Shown here in pieces: positions 59,155 to 64,000 of a stretch of 64,000 nt of DNA. Under the pieces are notes generated by a model that worked only from the letters and a program-made list of their open reading frames with translations, was not told where the DNA came from and did no database searches. The DNA lies in the NCBI GenBank assembly GCA_965205485.1, contig OZ242180.1, positions 2,720,001 through 2,784,000 of the forward strand, read 5' to 3'. Within the stretch, counting starts at the first letter, position 1; the number at the start of each line of letters is the position of its first letter. The translations under genes and the position numbers were made by a program. This DNA comes from Candidatus Latescibacterota bacterium (GTDB lineage: Bacteria > Latescibacterota > UBA2968 > GCA-2709665).

Positions 59155-59302
59155 GGAGCGAGGGCATCCTGCCCTCGAACTTCGCGTCACCTACCGCTAT
59201 TCGCGTAGAGTGACTGATGGGGCCATTCAATCCGACACCAGGTCACGGAAAACACCGTGTGCGACGAGTTACCCGACGTCGAGGGCAGGATGCCCTCGCT
59301 CC
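59155..59302. repeat. Inverted pair of GGAG-type REP palindromes (third copy 58341-58363)
   Basis: GGAGCGAGGGCATCCTGCCCTCG ... CGAGGGCAGGATGCCCTCGCTCC. Confidence 0.8.
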
Positions 59303-59644
59303 CTGGAACGCCGACTGCACCGGCCCCGCCGCGTCTGCCGTATTACAATAAGCGACCCGCACACGATTTCCAATCCATTATTTGACCTGGGCGATTGTCG
59401 ACCGCTCGCAACAGGTGTGCATCGCACACACGTTTATCTCGGTAGATGGCAGGTGCATCATGTGACCCGGCCACGGCCTGCTGACGCTGATACGCTTTTT
59501 CAGATAACAAATAACTGATTGATATTATTAAATATAAGTTCAAATTACCGAAAAGTGGCTATAGAAAAATATGTCCCCGGTTCGTCTTGGCACGTTTCTT
59601 GATCTAATTACCTCCGCGTGAAATTTATCGTGCGGAGGGACCGT

Positions 59645-60361
59645 ATGCGACATGCTATCGTATTCGTGGTCGTTTTCCTGATGATGCCCGGGACGTCAAA
59701 TGCACAGGAGTTGGGTGTGAGTGTCTCTGGTGGCTATTCAATTCCTGGCGACAGTCGTCTCTACTGCGGCAGCGGTAGCCGCAGCGACTGGGACCTGCCG
59801 ACCGCTCGTCTCTACTGCGGCAGCGCCAACGAAGGGGAACTGCTGTCGGCTCAGATAGACTTCCATGAAATGCAGGCCGGGCTCGTTCTTTCCGGGGACT
59901 TCTTCTTACGCATCGAACCGTGTGACGTCGGCGTTGGCGCTTTCACCCATTCAAGCGGCCGTATCTCCGGCTCGTTGCTTTCAACGAACGCTCGAGGGAA
60001 AGAAGCCGGGTCGGTCGATTTCACGAGGTCTTTCAGGACGGCATTTGCATTCTTCCGGTGCCGTGCGACAACGAATTCCCGGCTAACGCCCTATCTTGGG
60101 GGCGGCATTGGCATTTACGGGCTACGTGAAAGTGAATCCTACGAGTATTCCAAATGGGAAAAGGGTCGGCTTCTTCAGGTGGTCGCGGGGGGCGAAGCCC
60201 GTTTGACCGAGAGCTCTTCCAGAGTCTTCACGGAAATCGGCGTAAATTTCGCCGTACTCGACGATGAACCGGAACCGGGCTGGGACATAGTCAAATGTTG
60301 TGGATGGAACATGGCCTTTGCAACATTGACCGTCGCCATCGGCCTGAGGTTCGCCCACTAG
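59645..60361 (+). CDS. Hypothetical outer-membrane beta-barrel protein
   Basis: Signal peptide, PYLGGGIG, C-terminal IGLRF. Confidence 0.6.
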   Translation: MRHAIVFVVVFLMMPGTSNAQELGVSVSGGYSIPGDSRLYCGSGSRSDWDLPTARLYCGSANEGELLSAQIDFHEMQAGLVLSGDFFLRIEPCDVGVGAFTHSSGRISGSLLSTNARGKEAGSVDFTRSFRTAFAFFRCRATTNSRLTPYLGGGIGIYGLRESESYEYSKWEKGRLLQVVAGGEARLTESSSRVFTEIGVNFAVLDDEPEPGWDIVKCCGWNMAFATLTVAIGLRFAH

Positions 60362-60458
60362 CCGCAAACCGTTAAGTCGACGCCGTACACAAGAATGCCC
60401 GGGCGGGGGATTGTCCGAACGGGCATGGCGGGTTGCCTTTTGTTGCTCTGGGCATTCG

Positions 60459-62198
60459 TTACTTTCTTCGTCCTGTTTCGTTCGCGTTCCCTCGTTTCTG
60501 CATCCGCGCCCAGGTGTCCCTCAGCGTAATCGTGCGATTGAAAACGAGCTTTTCGGGCGTCGAATCCGGGTCCACGCAGAAATATCCCAATCGTTCGAAT
60601 TGAAACTGGGCGCCGGGCTCCGCGCCATCGACCGTGGACTCCACAAAACAGCTCGGCCGCACCTCCAGGGATTTCGGGTTCACCGTTTCGCTGATGTCCC
60701 CGCCTTCGGCAACCTCCATTGGATTCTCCACGTTGAACAGCCGATCGTACAGGCGCACCTCCGCCTCAACCGCGTGTGCGGCGGACACCCAGTGGATCGT
60801 ACCTCGGACCCTGCGGCCGTCAGGTGTCGACCCGCCCCGGCTCTCGGGGTCGAACGTGCATCGAAGCTCAACGACGTTTCCATCCTCGTCCTTCACGACG
60901 TCCGTGCAGGTGACATAACAGGCCGCGCGGAGCCTGACCTCCCGCCCCGGCGCAAGGCGGCGGAATCTACGGGGCGGATCCTCCATGAAGTCCTCCCGCT
61001 CGATGTAGACTTCCCGTGAAAATGGCACCGCGCGCGTCCCTGCGGACGGGTCCTCCGGATTGATCTGCGCTTCAATCCTCTCTTCCATGTCTTCGGGGTA
61101 ATTCTCGATGACCACTTTGAGCGGATCGATCACCCCCATCACTCGGGGCGCAAACCGATTCAGATAGTCCCGGATATGAAACTCCAGGAGATCGATCTCC
61201 GCAGTTGTATCTCGTTTGGACATTCCCACGCGGCGGATGAAATTCCGAATCGCCTCGGGGGGCACGCCCCTGCGCCGAAGTCCCGATAGCGTGATCAGCC
61301 TGGGATCGTCCCATCCGGCCAGCAGCCCGTTTTCGATCAATGGCCGCAGATGTCGTTTTCCCACCACCGTATGCGTGACGAACAGCTTTGGAAATTCGAT
61401 CTGACGCGAAGGGAAAATCCCGAGCTCCCGGATATACCAGTCATAAAGGGGGCGGTGGTCTTCGAATTCCTGCGAACACAGGGAATGCGAAACCCCCTCG
61501 ATCGCGTCCGACTGCCCGTGGGTAAAATCGTACATCGGATAGATACACCACGCATTTCCCCGGCGGTAGTGAGACGCCTTGAGGATGCGAAACATCACCG
61601 GATCGCGCAGGTTCATGTTGGGCGACGCCATATCGATCTTCGCCTTCAGGGTTCGCGCACCATCCGAAAATTCACCCGCCCTCATCCGTGCAAACAGATC
61701 GAGGTTCTCGTCGATGGACCGGTTTCGATAGGGGCTTTCTCTTCCCGGTGAGGTCACCGACCCACGGTATGCCCGGGTCGCATCCGTGCTCAAATCGCAT
61801 ACGTAGGCTTTGCGCTTCTTGATCAGTTTGACCGCGAATTCGTAGAGTTGCTCGAAATAATCGGAGGCAAAATAGAGGCGGTCCTCCCAGTCAAACCCCA
61901 GCCATCGGATATCCCGCTGGATTCCGTCCACATAGCTTGCCTCTTCCTTGGTGGGGTCGGTATCATCAAAGCGGAGATTGCAGACGCCGCCGAATTCCTC
62001 GGCAACCCAGAAATTGAGACAGATCGCCTTGGCGTGGCCGATGTGCAGATGCCCATTCGGCTCGGGAGGAAAGCGCGTCATCACGTCCGTGTACCGGCCG
62101 GCGGCGAGGTCCTCCCGAATCGCGTCGCGGATAAAATCGGAGGGAGCGTTTTCGTCGGCGTCAGCCGGGCTGGCATCGGCTTCGTTCATGGGAAACAC
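60459..62198 (-). CDS. glnS: Glutamine--tRNA ligase
   Basis: [34 protein letters not shown]. Confidence 0.93.
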   Translation of the reverse strand: MFPMNEADASPADADENAPSDFIRDAIREDLAAGRYTDVMTRFPPEPNGHLHIGHAKAICLNFWVAEEFGGVCNLRFDDTDPTKEEASYVDGIQRDIRWLGFDWEDRLYFASDYFEQLYEFAVKLIKKRKAYVCDLSTDATRAYRGSVTSPGRESPYRNRSIDENLDLFARMRAGEFSDGARTLKAKIDMASPNMNLRDPVMFRILKASHYRRGNAWCIYPMYDFTHGQSDAIEGVSHSLCSQEFEDHRPLYDWYIRELGIFPSRQIEFPKLFVTHTVVGKRHLRPLIENGLLAGWDDPRLITLSGLRRRGVPPEAIRNFIRRVGMSKRDTTAEIDLLEFHIRDYLNRFAPRVMGVIDPLKVVIENYPEDMEERIEAQINPEDPSAGTRAVPFSREVYIEREDFMEDPPRRFRRLAPGREVRLRAACYVTCTDVVKDEDGNVVELRCTFDPESRGGSTPDGRRVRGTIHWVSAAHAVEAEVRLYDRLFNVENPMEVAEGGDISETVNPKSLEVRPSCFVESTVDGAEPGAQFQFERLGYFCVDPDSTPEKLVFNRTITLRDTWARMQKRGNANETGRRK

Positions 62199-62290
62199 CT
62201 CGCAAAAAAGACCGAATGCAACGGGTAAATCAGGGTGAGCAACCTGTAGACGACATACTCCGCTAAAACGACTGAACTCACTGAAGCGTT

Positions 62291-62400
62291 GGTTGAGCCA
62301 GTCGAAACGTGTTCACTGAACTTGCCGAAGTGCCCGCGTTTCGATACCTGTTAACAGATTTAGCCAGCCCTTCGCCGACCCTTCGACAGGCTCAGGGAGC
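62291..62400. repeat. TGAGCTTGTCGAA-type palindromic repeat cluster
   Basis: TTGAGCCAGTCGAAAC, CTGAACTTGCCGAAG, CTTCGACAGGCTCAG; related to 10226-10250 and 3046-3066. Confidence 0.6.
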
Positions 62401-62460
62401 GGCTCGGGCATGGCTAACGACTACCAGATCGAATGCAAGAGATGTACCGCCACGTGCCCG

Positions 62461-63441
62461 TCAGGAAGGACGAGTGTCGTCTTCGGTGACCCATTCCGGC
62501 TCCGTGAACAGGCTGCTGACCGACTCGCCATTGTGAATTCTGCGAATGGCTTCGGCAAGCAGGGGCGCCACGGACAACACCGTCAGTCTCGCATTCGACT
62601 GAATTGAGGCCGGCAGGGGTACCGTATCCGTTGTCACGACCTCGCGTACTTCGTCGAACGCGCAAAAGCGCTCGAGCGCGTTACTCGTGAACAGGCCGTG
62701 CGTGCACGCCATCGTGATTTCGCTTACCCGCCGGTCCCGGAGGCGGCGGATCAACTCGACAAGGGTGCCGCCGGTTGCGATCTCGTCGTCCAGAACAATG
62801 ACCTTCCTGTCGTCGACGTCGCCCACGATCGCGTCGATCACCACCTTCGTGTCGGAGATGCGGCGCTTGCTCCCCGCGGCCACGGGCAGTTTCAGCATCC
62901 TGGCGAAATGGGCGGCGTCTTTCGCCCGTCCAAGGTCGGGAGAGACGACGACCGTATTGTCCAGATCGCGGCCCAGAAAGTGACCGGCCAATATATTGAG
63001 CGCGTTGAGGTGGTCCACGGGTACGCTGAAGAAGCCGTGCACCTGCGCCGCGTGGAGCGTCATGGTGAGGACGCGGCTGGCGCCGGCCGTGTAGAGCATG
63101 TCCGCGACAAGCCGGGCCGCAATGGAGATCCGGGGCGCGTCTTTCTTGTCCGAACGCGCATAGCCGAAATACGGGATCACGGCCGTTGTACGCGCCGCGG
63201 ATGCGCCCCTGGCAGCGTCAAGCATCTGCAGCAATTCCATTAGATGATCGTGAACCGGCATCACTATGGGCTGTATAAGGAATACATCCGCTTCCCTGCA
63301 GTTGGCCTCGAGTTGCACCTGGAAGCATCCGTTGCTGAACTGATTCAGCATGCTGCGGCTGCGGGCCACGCCGAGGTGTCCGCAGATATCCTCGGCCAGT
63401 TCCGGATGCGCCGTTCCGCCGAACATCACGATTTCACGCAT
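62461..63441 (-). CDS. prs: Ribose-phosphate diphosphokinase
   Basis: PYFGYARSDK, VVSPDLG, LDDEIATGGT. Confidence 0.93.
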   Translation of the reverse strand: MREIVMFGGTAHPELAEDICGHLGVARSRSMLNQFSNGCFQVQLEANCREADVFLIQPIVMPVHDHLMELLQMLDAARGASAARTTAVIPYFGYARSDKKDAPRISIAARLVADMLYTAGASRVLTMTLHAAQVHGFFSVPVDHLNALNILAGHFLGRDLDNTVVVSPDLGRAKDAAHFARMLKLPVAAGSKRRISDTKVVIDAIVGDVDDRKVIVLDDEIATGGTLVELIRRLRDRRVSEITMACTHGLFTSNALERFCAFDEVREVVTTDTVPLPASIQSNARLTVLSVAPLLAEAIRRIHNGESVSSLFTEPEWVTEDDTRPS

Positions 63442-63647
63442 GGGTTGTACTCCGTGTACGGAAATTGCACCCGTATCGTGTTACAGGGTTGATCGCCGAC
63501 CGACAGCGACTCAACTGGAGGACCACGGCGTTACGACACACGCCGTTTCGCACATGTGCCTTTTGTGCTTTTTGTGGCCAATTTGATGTTGATCTTCCGT
63601 AGAGCTGAGGTTAAGGACCATTTGAACCGACAAAACCGGTTGACGCG

Positions 63648-64000
63648 TCAGGTCCGATCCTCGATCGATGCAGCCCTTATCTCGTCCAGTTCTTTGGCGC
63701 TGAAGACTCCCGCTTCGAAGAGATTCAGATATTCCTGTGATACACTCTGCCCGAAGATCATCGGATCGTCCGTATTGACGGTGACCTCCACGCCGTGATC
63801 GAAGAGAACGCGGATCGGATGCGACGAGAGGGAGTCCACAGCGCCCAGCATGACGTTGCTGGACGGGCAGACGTGAAGCCGAATCCGGTTTTCCGACAGC
63901 CATTGCATCACCCTGGGCGATTCGGCAGCAGCGATGCCGTGTTGTATCTCGTCCAGCTCCAGGATTTCCGCCGTCTCCCGTACGCGTTCGGCCCCGCCGA
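63648..64000 (-). CDS. Adenosine deaminase family protein, partial
   Basis: IQHG, CPSSN, VNTDDP. Confidence 0.85.
   Translation of the reverse strand, partial: GGAERVRETAEILELDEIQHGIAAAESPRVMQWLSENRIRLHVCPSSNVMLGAVDSLSSHPIRVLFDHGVEVTVNTDDPMIFGQSVSQEYLNLFEAGVFSAKELDEIRAASIEDRT

Noticed and set aside
59500..59570. AT-rich patch
   Set aside because: Consistent with an ordinary promoter region; no structure found.
1..64000. tRNA, rRNA, integrase, transposase or cas genes
   Set aside because: None recognised in the window by eye.

Overview
A 64-kb GC-rich bacterial window. PorV, UbiA/UbiX, sulfatase-like enzymes and many REP/MITE repeats suggest an FCB-group-like organism (inference). Housekeeping and envelope genes lie at both ends (porV, S41 protease, ABC transporter; ubiX, manA, glnS, prs, adenosine deaminase). 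A Zur-boxed zinc-uptake/CobW operon spans 26.9-35.1 kb and a catabolic cluster 40.7-54.8 kb. The most notable region is a co-oriented putative defence island at about 12.4-25.5 kb. It contains: an HTH-WYL regulator with a palindrome (TGTCGCA-N5-TGCGACA, followed 9-10 nt later by a TAnnnT -10) that recurs inside the island; two UDG-fold-like proteins; a degenerate two-repeat CRISPR-like remnant without cas genes; an EEP nuclease; two 58-aa paralogous ORFs absent from the ORF track, each bracketed by a 20-bp motif (GAATCTTCC-NNN-AGAACAAG, five copies, each just before a start codon); and a DUF6361-PLD-helicase (Azaca-like) operon. Also seen are a CxxU selenoprotein with a SECIS-like hairpin and an exact 91-bp tandem duplication, a BNR-propeller/amidase fusion and several MITE families. 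All family assignments are by eye from motifs; no database searches were run.
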